DNA of 55,156 nucleotides, the filler included, from Bipalium vagum (taxonomy: Eukaryota), in NCBI GenBank assembly GCA_037834085.1. It is 3 parts of 3 records of this genome, joined end to end, with 100 filler letters (N's around TTAATTAATTAA, not from the genome) between each part and the next. Parts side by side here need not be neighbours in the genome. Positions count along the whole stretch, not along the records: positions 35,010 to 55,156 come from JBBMKC010259184.1; 2 more parts are not named here. The stretch is one strand, 5' to 3'. The notes under the pieces were generated by a model, which was given only the letters and a program-made list of their open reading frames with translations, had not been told where the DNA came from and ran no database searches. Position 1 is the stretch's first letter. Each line of letters opens with the position of its first letter. The translations under genes were made by a program, and so were the position numbers. Positions 43,082 through 55,082 of the stretch are shown piece by piece.

Positions 43082-44480
43082 TAGTAGCGCTCAAAAGTTG
43101 TTTGACTTAAGTCATAAGTAACTTTAGCTGTTAGTAGATAATTATTTTAAATTTTTGTTGTTAAAAATCTTCCTATATATGCAAAGAAATAAACTCTAGA
43201 AAATATTTTAAATTTATAAAATTTTAAATAATAAGAAAGCATAAACCATTAAAAACAAGCTGTCATTTTATTATTAGTTGTCATTTTATTTATAATCAAT
43301 TTATAGTAAGATTATAAACTATTTTTTTAGAATAATGTCTAAAACTATTTAGTTTCAATCATGGTGAGAGCAAAAAATTATAGTAATTACATTAATGAAC
43401 GAGTTGTTATGGCAGTTAAAAGAGGAAAAACACAAGCAAGTTTTTCGCGCGATTTTGGGCTTAAGCGACAGGTAATCAGCAATTGGGTCAACAAATTTAA
43501 CAGAAATGAAAATATTTTTAATGCACCAATATCTGGAAGACCAAGGAAAACAACTGTTCATCAAGATCGCATCAATATTCGTTTCTCAAAAGCAGATCCA
43601 CTAAAAACTGCAGTCAATATTGTCACAGAAATTAATCAAAGTCATTCCAACTCATCAAATAAAATCAGTGTTTCTACTGTAAAAAGACGTCTACAATCTG
43701 GTGGACTATTTGCAAGACGTCCCAGCAAGAAACCTTTTATATCGAAAAAAAATCGAATGGCCCGATTGGAATTTGCTCGCCTTCATAAAGATTGGACAAT
43801 TCAAGATTGGTCTAAGGTGCTCTGGAGTGACGAAAGTCAATTTAATTTGATATTTAGTGATGATATTCTATATGTTCATCGATCTGTTAACCAAAGATTT
43901 AATGTAAGATATCAGGTTGGGAAATGTCATGGTGTGGGGTTGTTTTTCCAGAGATGGAGTCTTATTCAAATAAACGGCATCATGAACATGCAAATATATG
44001 ATACCATAATTAAGGATACAATGATTCCATTTTCACATGAAACCATGAAAGAAGGCTGGATATTTCAGCAGGATGACGACCTCAAACACACATCCAAAGT
44101 TATTAAACAAACGCTAAAACCCAACAAAATACGTGTTATGAAGTGGCCTAGTCAGAGTCCGGACCTTAATCCAATTGAGCATTTATGAAAGGAGTTTGAT
44201 CGTACCATCCGAGTTAAAAAGATATCCAATAAACAAGATTTCTTTAGAAATTTACGGGAAAATTGGATTAAAATTCCTTTAGAAAAATTGATTAAACTTG
44301 TTGACTCTATGCCTCGCAGATGTGCAGCTGTTATCGCTTCCAATGGTTATGCTCCTAAATATTAGTTTGGATCACTTGTATTAATAATAAATTTGTTAAA
44401 ATTCGTGTAATATATTATTAAAGGTTTCTCAATTTTCATGTTATATTGTCAATGATAACTAATTTATGAACTCTTAATAT
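43082..44480 (+). mobile_element. Tc1 (DD34E) transposon, nearly intact but inactivated transposase (43361-44365)
   Basis: SGRPRKTT, ISVSTVKRRL, RRPSKKPFISKKNRMARLEFA, WSKVLWSDESQF, FQQDDDLKHTSK, WPSQSPDLNPIEHL*. Premature TGA at 44186-44188 followed in frame by ..LVDSMPRRCAAVIASNGYAPKY* (44365). Left end AGTAGCGCTCAAAAG is Tc1-TIR-like; right TIR degenerate. Confidence 0.92.
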
Positions 44481-44896
44481 TGCATATTTTCTTGAATATT
44501 TCATTTATTTAATATCAATTTCAATAAAACATTGTGATTTCGTAATATACAATTATTGCGTTGTATTATATTTTTTTAATATTTTACAATAATAATTATT
44601 ATTTTATTATTGCATTAATTTATTTAAACAAAACGGGCATTAAACCGAAATTGTGGATAATTTTCAAATACATTTTTGTTACTTTTTAAAATTTATTTTG
44701 AAATTAAAAATATCTTTCTTTTTTTAATTATATTTTTATCGTTAAATTTTTTATAATTAAATTTTATAATTGTATAATTTTTTTATTTTTAAAATTAAAT
44801 ATTTTTATCCAATAGTTTTTTAGTAAAATAGAATATTATTATTATTATCTTTTATTTAAATGGGGTTTTAGTGATTATTAAGTCCTAAAAATAAAA

Positions 44897-45619
44897 ATGG
44901 TAATTTATTCTAAAGAGTATTGTTTAAATCTTTTGAATGAAAAAAAATTAATTTTAATATGTGATATTGATGAAACATTGATAAATAGCGTCTCTGTAGA
45001 AGGAGCACAGAATGTATTTTCTGAAAGGTTGCAAGACATTTTCCAATATAAAATTCCAGCTAGGAAAAATAGTTGCACAAAGCTTAGACCAAATTTAAGA
45101 AATTTCCTTGCCAATATTTGTGAAAAGTTTGAGCTACATGTCATGACAATGGGAAGTCCAACATATATTGATGTTATTTTAAAAATTATAGACCCAGACA
45201 AAAAAATATTTGGAAATAGAATCACTACGAGGCCAAACATTATTGGAAACAAATTACAGACTTTGAAAAGTCAATTTCTAGATAACCTAAACATTGTTTG
45301 TGTCATTGATGATTATCCTAAGATTTGGGAAGACAGTAACAGAGTGATACCTGTTAAACCTTATAAGTTTATGACTGACATGGAAGCCCTAAGAAAAAGT
45401 ATTAAAAAATTAAATAATAATAATGAATATAAAGTAACACTTCAGCATATGCTGGAAAATTTATACGACAATGATAAATTTTTAATTGATCTTGAGTTCA
45501 ATTTGCTTTTAATTCATAAAATTTATTTTAAAAACTTTGTATTATATAAAAATATTGATAAAAATGTGCCTGACATTGAGTTTATAATAAGTAAATTGAC
45601 AGAAACTGATTTTTTGTAA
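44897..45619 (+). CDS. FCP1/CTDP1-like RNA polymerase II CTD phosphatase (FCPH/HAD domain only), intronless, 240 aa
   Basis: LLNEKKLILICDIDETLI (DxDxT), TKLRPNLRNFL, FELHVMTMGSPTY, IIDPDKKIFGNRITTR, VCVIDD..IW, VIPVKPYKF, DKFL..L..IHKIYF..VPDI. AATAAA at ~45653; no BRCT domain. Confidence 0.88.
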   Translation: MVIYSKEYCLNLLNEKKLILICDIDETLINSVSVEGAQNVFSERLQDIFQYKIPARKNSCTKLRPNLRNFLANICEKFELHVMTMGSPTYIDVILKIIDPDKKIFGNRITTRPNIIGNKLQTLKSQFLDNLNIVCVIDDYPKIWEDSNRVIPVKPYKFMTDMEALRKSIKKLNNNNEYKVTLQHMLENLYDNDKFLIDLEFNLLLIHKIYFKNFVLYKNIDKNVPDIEFIISKLTETDFL

Positions 45620-46139
45620 ATTATTTTTTGTTTTTCTTTATTAATTATTTTTAATAAAAATTTCAATGATCATGAATTTATTATTTATTACTATTTTATT
45701 AATATAGTAAAAAAAATAAAAATATAAAAAAATAACTTGATAAATTTAATAAAATTTAAAACTGATAATTATAATTGACAATAACACCTTACTTTACCTC
45801 ATTAATTTAACACAATGTACAGTAACAAAAATTTAACAGAGAAGTCTTATTCCAATCACAACGTTTTATTCCAAAAATCAGACAACCCCGTTAATTTAAA
45901 ACGTGATGAAAAAAAAAAGTTTGTGATGCATTATCCGAATTTTGAATTAACCGACCTTAGTTAATAATAACATGTCTGTTTTGACTTACAACCGTTTTTG
46001 AATACCCAAGATTTCACTGTAATAATAATAATAATATAAATAATAATAATTTTTATAAAAATAATATTTTGTCATAATTATAATATTATATAGGTATAAT
46101 ATAATATAATGGCAATAATAACAATAATAATTTTGGGAA

Positions 46140-46560
46140 GAAAGAAATTATCACAAAAGAGAGAGTCGAGAGTTAAAAAAGACCGGCCTCACTCAATGCT
46201 ACAAAGGGTCCCCGGGTCGTCCTCTAGATACATTTCTCAATGGGTCCCCTTGTAGAATCCTCTTGCAAAGTCATATACACTTGAAAATACCTCTTCGGCT
46301 CATTGTCGTTCCTTTGAATTGTCGTTCCCCGTTGTCGTTTTCCCTGTTCCGTATTGTCTAGCGTTTTCTTTTTTGTCCTTTCTGTTGAGCACTGGGCCAT
46401 TAATGTGAGAATAGCCGTGTCTTTATATAGTCGTAGAGATTGGTCTACAATCACCAATCTCTACGCTTAGAAATGGCTATTTTCCCTAATAGCATTAACT
46501 CTATCTTCACGCCGAGATAGACTCATATCAAGGCTAATGGAATTCTGTCAGGGAATCCAT
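46140..46560 (-). repeat. Non-coding LTR-like repeat (copy B) with TATA box and hairpin
   Basis: Homologous blocks to copy A (CCCGGGTCGTCCTCTAG 46211-46227; GTCCCCTT..AATCCTCTTGC 46244-46266; CTTTGAATTGTC ~46312-46323). Minus-strand TATATAAA at 46429-46422; perfect 13-bp inverted repeat 46432-46465. Confidence 0.6.
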
Positions 46561-46629
46561 TAGCCTAATCTGTCGAAAATTTCAACGGCAAATTTTGTCA
46601 TAAGGAAAATTTCAAAATTTTTTAAAAAA

Positions 46630-46745
46630 TATTTATTATTATTACTAATTATTAATTTTATTATTATTATTATTTTATTATTATTATTATTATTAACATT
46701 ATTTATATTATTATCACAATTATTGTTACTACCATTACTAATTCC
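46630..46745. repeat. Degenerate (TTA/AAT)n microsatellite
   Basis: Runs of TTATTATTA; similar (AAT)n at ~46020-46130 and ~30604-30625. Confidence 0.8.
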
Positions 46746-48224
46746 CATGTCATAATCATTAATTCCAAAACCCAACAAGCCTCTCAAATATTTATTCATC
46801 ATTTAAAGATTACATTCAATTGTCCTTCCATAAGATTTCTTCATAAAACGACTTATTTGTTTGAGTATAATAAGAATCAGGATTTATTTGAATTGAAATT
46901 TCTTGTCATTTTTACTAATTATTAATGAGATACGCGACTTCGTTATAATTGTAACAAACTGTGTAACAAACAAGTAACAGACTGTATAAATCCTCAAACT
47001 ATCTGTTACTTCCTCTTTGTTAAGGTCTTAGCTTAACTGAATCTGATTGCCTAATTTTAATTAATATTCAAGTTATTAATTACTATTCTTTCATCTTATG
47101 TCTATCAATGCCAGATCTTTTACCCACTTCTGAGATATTTGCTTTTGTTTTTATATTTTACTTTTGTCATTATTTTAATAACACAAAAGAACAACTAGTT
47201 AATATTTATTTAAAAAACAATAATTTTTAGTGAGGAATTTAAAAGATGAAAAGATATTTGTTGATTCCAATTAATATATTGCTTCCTACTTTTAAATGAG
47301 AATCAATTGTAGTATACTTAAATTTTAATTTTTCATAAACTTTTTTAATAAACTTTTTTCATTCATAAAGTTTTTAATTTTAAAAGCTTATAATTGGTCA
47401 ATAATTAAAACTGAAAATATTTTATTTAATTTTAGATAAATAGGAGTAGTTGATTTAATTTTTTCATAAATTTCGTTGTTTTTCAGGATAATCTTCAAAT
47501 TTGTCTTCCACTTTTTATAATAAAAAATTAAGTCTTAAGAACTTTATTTGTTATGTATATTATGATAAAATTATTTCATAAAAAATTCTATTTCTTTTAA
47601 TTTTCCATTTTATAGAAAGATGAAAAAATAAATTTTATTTCTTCAATAAATTCTAAATTTATTATTTTCTATACATTCATTTGAATATTTTTCTTCAGAA
47701 TTATAATCAAAGTATTATCTTGAAAATAAACTCTCTTGTTTCAAAATCTAATATCTAAAAAATATTAAATATGTTCCTTTATAACTTTATACAAATATTT
47801 TCCGTAAGGGTTTTCCAAGAACCAAAAAATAATTTCTATAAGTATTATTCAAACAGAAAACATGATAATTATTGGTTGATCCAAAATTTTTGTTCATTTC
47901 ATCATTCCCGTTTCTTATTTATTATTTCATCACAGTTTTTTCAACATTTATCAATATTTTTACTGGCAGAATTCTTGAATATTTCTATTCAAGCTGCACT
48001 ATATCTTAAACAATCATTGAAATTAATTAGAATTACCATGTCCACCTCCGTTTAGTCTCTGATCTTTCTTCATATTTTAATCATAACGAACATATGAGCT
48101 CTTCTGCAGATTGTTGATATTCAGAAAACCTGCATAAGGCTTCACCAATACTCTTCTTCATTTTTACTACCAAGATCAGTCATTACTCGAGATTTCTCTA
48201 ATGAATACTCCAAGAATACTCTAA

Positions 48225-48818
48225 AAATACTCCAAGGACAAAGTTTCCAGTAAATGTTCTGGGATAGGCGTCATCTCTAGTGAAGGTAATAACAGCCCCT
48301 CACACTTCTTGAAAAAGGGTGAAACTATCACCAAGGAAGTCTACGTACAGATTCTGAGTACAGTAGTGAAGCCCTGAATGGAAACTGTTGCTTCTGGAAA
48401 ACTGTACATTTTTCTACAAGACGGAGCTCATACAAGTTATTTTGGCTGTCCGATAATGTTGACATGTATTGTAGCAAGGAATTCTAGTCCCCAAATAACC
48501 CAGATTTAAACCCTGTGGACTATTATGTATGGAGCGTTCTTGAAAGGGTTACTAAAAAGTCGAAACACCATAATCTGACATCTATACAGAATTCCATTAC
48601 AGAAGCGTTTACCCAATTGTCCACGTAAAGAAGACATGAATGCGCTTCAGGCAGAGAATCTTGAAAGTCATAGAAGTAGAAGGTGGTTATATCGAGCAAT
48701 AGAAGCACGTAACATATTTTTAATTCAAAATATAACTATTGCTTAAATAATTATGATATTATTTAATATCTTTGTTTGTTTAAAGTTGTTTTTGTCCGGA
48801 TTTTGCTGGCACACCATG
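48225..48818 (+). mobile_element. 3' half of maT (DD37D, Bmmar1-like) transposon
   Basis: RTKFPV..GVISSEG, KGETITKEVYVQILSTVVKP*M, YIFLQDGA, WLSDNV..SKEF*SPNNPDLNPVDYYVWSVLE; terminus GTCCGGATTTTGCTGGCACACCATG|TA. Confidence 0.85.
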
Positions 48819-49217
48819 TAGATTTTATGAAATTTCAATTTAATCAGTATAATTAAAAAATTCTATTTTTACTTTCACCAATCTCTATTGTATAGATAAT
48901 GTTAAATAGCTTAAAACAGTTTATTAATTTTCACTTAGCCAATTTTGTTCTTATTTTTCCTGATCAAGTATTGTTCCTTAATTCATTGGCCGAAAAAAAT
49001 TTATATTGATTTTAAATATAATTTTTATAACTTGAAACTAAAAAGTGAATTATTAAAGTGACAAAATTTGAACCATACATTTATAAAATTATTTATCATT
49101 TTATTATTCATTTAATTATATCACATGGGCTAATAATAATCAAATTTAACCAGATTACCTGTTTTCGGTTTATTTGTTTAAGCTTATTAATTTTATATTA
49201 CTTTTTGACAACTTAAC

Positions 49218-52200
49218 ATGGCTGGTAAATTCATATATTGAATTAAATTATAATTTCTTAAATTAAACGGTAGATTCTAGAAAAAGACGACATTTAAACA
49301 GTAACAATGAAACAAAGAATTCAAATAAATTTGAAACCATGCCAGGACAAAGATTTTTAATACCTTCTAGAGTAAATGTCGTTTAAAAAAAAATTTAATT
49401 AAAATTAGGCTGCAGGAGCAATGATTGGAAGAGGTGGCGAGATTATTAATCGCCTGAGAATACAGGTACTTATTTTCTAATTGTTTCATTGTTAGCAACC
49501 TTCGTTTCTGTTTTGCTTCAAAATTGAAACCAACTCCAAATTTGAAACTGACGCCGTACTTTTATAACGTTTATGATTTCATTTGGAACTACCCTATTCC
49601 GCCGACTACAGCACAATTGTCGCGTAACTGTTCCTGACAACAAAGGCCCCGAACGGTAACCATTAAATGTCCATTATTTAAAAAGCATCAACCGTTTAAA
49701 CAGTGATAGTTATTTTCCGACGTTAATCTTATTTGTAAAATTCCGTGAAAAATAAAATTATCGTCTTTTTAAAAGAGCTAATCAATTTTTTGAAGGTAGA
49801 TTAAGGTTAAGTAGTTTTAAAATTCTAATTTTTGAACTAAAAATATACAATTTTAAGATAAACCATAAGAAAGTTCCATTTTTTGCATTATTACAATGAA
49901 GCCGGAAACAGAAATAGTGTATAAAAATGATGCTGAATTGCCGTGCTTATATAGAGGTTTCATGACGATCATATATTCTGACACAAATTTAAATTTACGA
50001 GGCAATTAAATTATCCAAGTTCGAGCTATTCAATTCATTATTTAAATGTATTTATCTTGATAATTGTTGGTTTAATTTGTTAAAGTAAAACTTGCCAGAA
50101 TTTCAAAATCATTCAATACAATTTGTAGTTCTTGTTCAAATGACAAGTAGGACCTCCTTTAAAAATTTTTTTGTTCCTGTTAAAGATTGTTCTGCAAAAA
50201 GTTTATCTCAATGTCTTATTGATCATATTTTAGAAAACGACCGTAGTTGATTTTTACAATTATTAATATAGATTATTTTCTGTTTTAACCTGATAGAATA
50301 ATATTAAACGGTTTCAAGATACTTTCAAAAAGCAGAACCAATTTAATTATTAAATAAACTTATCGACTTTAAATTCAAAATTAACTTTATCGATTTTTTA
50401 ATGTTGAATAATTTTATTAAATTTCCAATTCACCTATTAATGTTCTGAAAGTTATAATTAAAGAAATCTTTTCTGATAATTAAAATATCTAAAAAATTAA
50501 AACTATTCCGTTCTAGGTTTCGTTTTAGACAATGAGATAATAAACGATAAAAATTCGATAAAAATTGGTTCGACAGTTCCAAAAAATACTTGTAAACAAT
50601 TCAAATCTTAAAGTAACACTAACATTTAATTAAGAATTAATTTGTACTAGTGAAATGACCAAACAATTTTCATACGTTTCCACCAACTCAGATTAATCTT
50701 AGGTTAACTTTATGAGTAATTGGTTAATTTTGATTGGCTTCAATTCTAAATCTTTTCAGGGTGGTGATTATTGACGCAAGTCCGAGCGTTATACTAGAAG
50801 TTTGGAATGATATTCTACCAAATATCCAGGTAATATGAAAGTCTTAAAGAGATAATTTTGTGATTAATTGTGCGCTTTTGTGTCTATGGTTTTATGTTTT
50901 AGAAATACATGATTGCGAAAGATTACGATTTCGAAGGATCTTCAAGATATATTGAAGGAGACGATGAGATCGATCTTCGGCTTATCGTTCATGAAAGTCA
51001 AGTCGGGGCTGTGATTGGCAAAGGAGGTGAGAGGATTCGAAAATTGATCGATGTAGGTTTAATAAAATGAAAATATATCTGAAAAACAGTGGAACCGACA
51101 ACATATCTTTAGAAACATGCAATGACGATAATCAAGCTTTATAAAACGTTCTGTCCTCAATCCACTGATCGGATTGTTCGAATGGTGTCTAGAATAGGAA
51201 ATGTGCTTAATTGTCTGGAAAATATCTTCCAGCTTTTGGAAAACCAAGTGATAAAGGGACCAAGGAAAGATTACAATCCCGACAATTACGATGAGGCAGC
51301 AGCTCCTGATTACGGTGGATATATCGTCAAAGATCCAAATTTTTCGTCACGAAGAAATCAAGCGATAGCTAATAGCAATAAAAAAAGAAACGGTTTCCAT
51401 TCAAACGATCGACAACCGTTTCCAGATGACGATATGTTTTTTGAACCGATCGCAACCGATCCAGCTTATCGCCAATTGCCTCTGAAACCTTTCCTACCAT
51501 CCCAGACCCATATTAACACCAACTTTCAAAATCACATTCCGGGAACGGGACAGCCAATGTTTGAGGCACAGAGAAATTATTTCGACGAGTAAGACAAATA
51601 AATAATTTATTGTTTGTGGATTGTATGTATCTCGTGATATTTTTATAAAAACCCAGAAGGGGGCCAGGTTATGAAGTGCTTGGTGGAACAATCAGAATGA
51701 ACTTGACCAATGATATTCAAAACATTCACGTTTCGAGATTGTGTATCCCAAAACAGGTGGGTGAGTGTCTGGTTGGTTTTTTGACGATTTTCACTTTGTG
51801 ATGTCGAAGAAAAGAGATGAAATAGAGAGAAGGGAGAACAGGTGACATGTGGTGTTGTATAGTTACATTAATTCATTTCTTTTTAAATCAGTACCGGCTA
51901 TTGCTGACAAAGATTGTAAAATTTCCACTAGATATGAATATTGATCGAAAACCTTTGCAGCACTTATGGATGTTACAAAAGGCATAATGATATCCGCGTT
52001 ATCTGGATTGATTAAAAATATAGGTTAAAAGAAAAGTATGTGTTTCGGGACAAAGTTTCACCCTAATTAAAAAATTGAAAAATTATTTGGTATTTTACAT
52101 AAATAATCAGTTTAAATTATATTTAAAAAGATGGGTGTTATTTCAGTTAGTAAGTTAGTTTCATAGACTGCGTTGTTTAGTCAGGCTTGATATCACGAAA

Positions 52201-52587
52201 CACGCGTTTGAGGTATATTTAACTTTTCTATTATCGGGTAGGAAAAAAATCATCACAAGGTGGAAGATAATGTATCCATACATTGATTCATCACTTTTTA
52301 GTTAGTACCAGCAATTGTTGGCAAAGAAGGTCAAAGGTTACACGAGCTGCGAATAGAAAGTGGAGCAGCTATCGACATTGAAATTGATCAGATGAATTAC
52401 GAGGATGACTTTTTCATGATAAGGGGGACCCCAGATCAAATTTACAAAGCGCAATGTCTTATACAATTATGGTATGTGGTTTTTTGTGGTCCATTATGCT
52501 TATTATCCGACATCTAATCAATCGATTTTTACCATTAATCTTTTTGCTTTTAGTGCTCGAAAATTTCATTACGAAGAGGGATTTTAA
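49218..52587 (+). CDS. HNRNPK: Heterogeneous nuclear ribonucleoprotein K-like (three KH domains), complete, 10 exons
   Basis: Exons 49218-49224, 49274-49371, 49409-49465, 49612-49655, 50760-50829, 50903-51052, 51113-51588, 51657-51756, 52302-52471, 52554-52587, all GT-AG in phase. KH1 RFLIPSRAAGAMIGRGG..VTVPDNKGPERVV; KH2 LRLIVHESQVGAVIGKGGERI..CPQSTDRIV; linker KGPRKDYNPDNYDE..DYGGY (hnRNP K-specific); KH3 IPKQLVPAIVGKEGQR..ESGAAIDI..IRGTPDQIYKAQCLIQ. The 7-nt first exon is less certain (alternative ATG at 49339). Confidence 0.88.
49900..50260 (+). mobile_element. Merlin/ISXO2-like transposase remnant in hnRNP K intron 4
   Basis: FFVPVKDCSAKSLSQCLIDHILEN (~50167-50238) resembles the Merlin motif FxVxVxDRSAxTLxxxIxxxIxPG. 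Confidence 0.5.
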
Positions 52588-53299
52588 CTTATTTTTTAGT
52601 CCTCTCCATATATTTATTATCATTTAATTTAATATGGCGTTATTTTATAAATATAACTATCGGTTTTTATTCTTTTATTTTATTAAAATCACTATTATTT
52701 CATCCGAAAATTTTTTCGGTCAAGAATCTTTCTATCTTTAAGTGAAGCCTGGTTCTTTAAACATCTATTACATCACCAACATATTTTTTTTAATGAAATG
52801 AAACTTGATTTCCAGTAATTTTAGGAATTTATTTAAGTTTAAGAAGTAGAGTGGACACCTGAATCAATAAGAAAATTTAATGTTTTTTTGTAAAATTAAG
52901 TACAAATTGATTTATGAAAAATCAATGCAATAACTTAATGTTTAAATGATTTCCAGTATTATGTCTTAAACGTTTTTTAAAAATAAATGTTAATAAGATT
53001 ATTAACATTATAAGCGTCTCAAAAATTTATGACATACATAGTAGTACGTATAATTAAATATTAATTATAATAGTATTATTAATTTCAGAATAATATTTTA
53101 GTAACGTAAGTATTTTTATATTCAAGAAAATTAGAAAATAAATTTTTAGTATAAACAGGAAAGTACATTAGTCTTTACACAAAAAACTAATTTAAAAACT
53201 ACAATAAACATTTAAAGTTTCAAATGACGGGAAAGCATACGATTGTCATAAATGGTCAATAGGTTATCTGAGTAACTTTCGAATTTCAAATTCTGTCTA

Positions 53300-54660
53300 T
53301 AAATCAATTTTCGGTGTAATTTAAATTATATTGAAATAAAATTTCAATAAAGAAAATTTACTGTTATGATTGTCTCTTGCGATACACTAATTAATGTAAG
53401 CTCTCGTATAGTGTGCTTTGACAGTCCATTTCAATTATTAGAACCTGTTATACATCTGACACTTAAGTCATGTATCGGACTCAAAATTTACTTATCTAAG
53501 TTCAATAAATAGGGAAGTGTATCAATTTTACTTAAAAATTTCTTTTAAAATACACATCGAATTGGAAGCAAAAAAAATAATATAAGATTGTATGTAAGTC
53601 TTACTCATACTTTTCTGGAATCACAGAAAACTAAATTAAAAAGAACTTAAACTTTGAAACTAAAATCGAGAGAATAATTCGTTAAATCGACGGCTTCCAG
53701 AAATAAAAAAGGAAAATAACTTGGTGATTTTTTTTTACAAATCTGAGTTCTATTTGTTACGAAGCTCTTTAAACTAATAAACCCTTGTTTAATACTTATT
53801 AGGATTGAAACTTCTTAATATTTAAACTAATCGAATTAAATTCATTCTTTTGTCAAACCGTTTTTGTATTTATCTCATTAATCCTTCAATTATCACAAAA
53901 GACAATAACTTTTATTAATAACAATAAATCACACTTCAAAATATCCTCTTTGTCAAGATTATACAAAATCAAATATTCTTAACCTTCCAGATTCAGTACA
54001 GTTTAGATATTGATGAATAACTCCAAATAGGTTATAACCATGATACAAACAAATATCAGTTAACTCATTGTTAAAAAAATACAATTGTTAATTAATAAAA
54101 TTATTATGAGAATACTAGAATATTGTTATTATTCTCAATGTTTCTAATTTTAGTTATGTTATAGTTATCCTTTTATCTGAGCTTTTCTACCGATTTGTAG
54201 TTCTGTCTTCATAGCAATGGTTCATACTGTTTTGAAATTTTTATAATTTAAAATTTAACATTATTAAAATAATTATTATTCTTTAAGGTCTCTTGTAGTT
54301 AAGTTGTATTTACTTGTAGAGTCCAGATTCAAATTGATGATAACGATATTGAACCAATAACTCAAAACTGTTTAGATTCACAAAGGTCGTGAAACTCATC
54401 TTCAATATAGATCTTGGTTCTTGAAGTTAAGAACGTCGTTGGTATCATAAGAAAGTATGAAGACTGACTTATTTATGAAATTTTCCATGATTACTATCTT
54501 ATTACCTTGATGTCATCAGTCCATTGCCCTCACTGTGTTCATTTACTGAATTGTTAAACACTGTAGATATATAAACTTGTGAATATTCCTGAATCTAACT
54601 TTTATAGGATATTCCTTCGTTATTTTTCAATCAACATAGATTTTCAGGTGCTTTCAAAGG
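53300..54660 (-). mobile_element. Possible CR1/L2-type LINE 5' remnant
   Basis: SVFILSYDTNDVL (~V.I..GTND, SGNH-type ORF1) at ~54467-54429 and weak endonuclease-like pieces downstream; very degraded. Confidence 0.25.
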
Positions 54661-55082
54661 TCTAATTAACCAATTTTTAGTTACACTACCAATTATAATG
54701 AACTTTAAATATATATTGTTATTAGTAATAACTTATTACACTTAGTTATAATCCAAATATTAATATTTGAAATAAATAATTTTTAAAATTTCAAAACAAA
54801 AAGTTAATAAAATTACAGACATTTAGCAATAATTATCGGTTGTTACTAAATTTAGTAAATTTTGTTTATAATTAGAAAGAATCAGTCAAAATGGATGAAA
54901 TTGAGTTTAGAAATAGTAAGAAATTATCTAAACCAATCAGATTTTTTAAATCGTGAAATTTGATTGTTATAAATCGATACAATTTTATTTCAATTCGCCC
55001 TTAAAACCTTAAAGAAACTATTCAATCAAACAATTATTAAGAGAGCTGGTAAGAAGGTAAGGTATTTCAATAAATCCAAATA

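Noticed and set aside
46560-46802. 80-aa Asn/Ile-rich ORF
   Set aside because: Translation of an AAT microsatellite.
36144-51691. Antisense ORFs over real CDS or transposases (36144, 40852, 43355, 44152, 44905, 48523, 51059, 51494)
   Set aside because: Shadow ORFs of coding sequence on the other strand.
54478-54530. Minus-strand CTGATGA-CAT..ATG-GAAA hammerhead candidate
   Set aside because: Only a 3-bp stem II and no convincing stems I/III.
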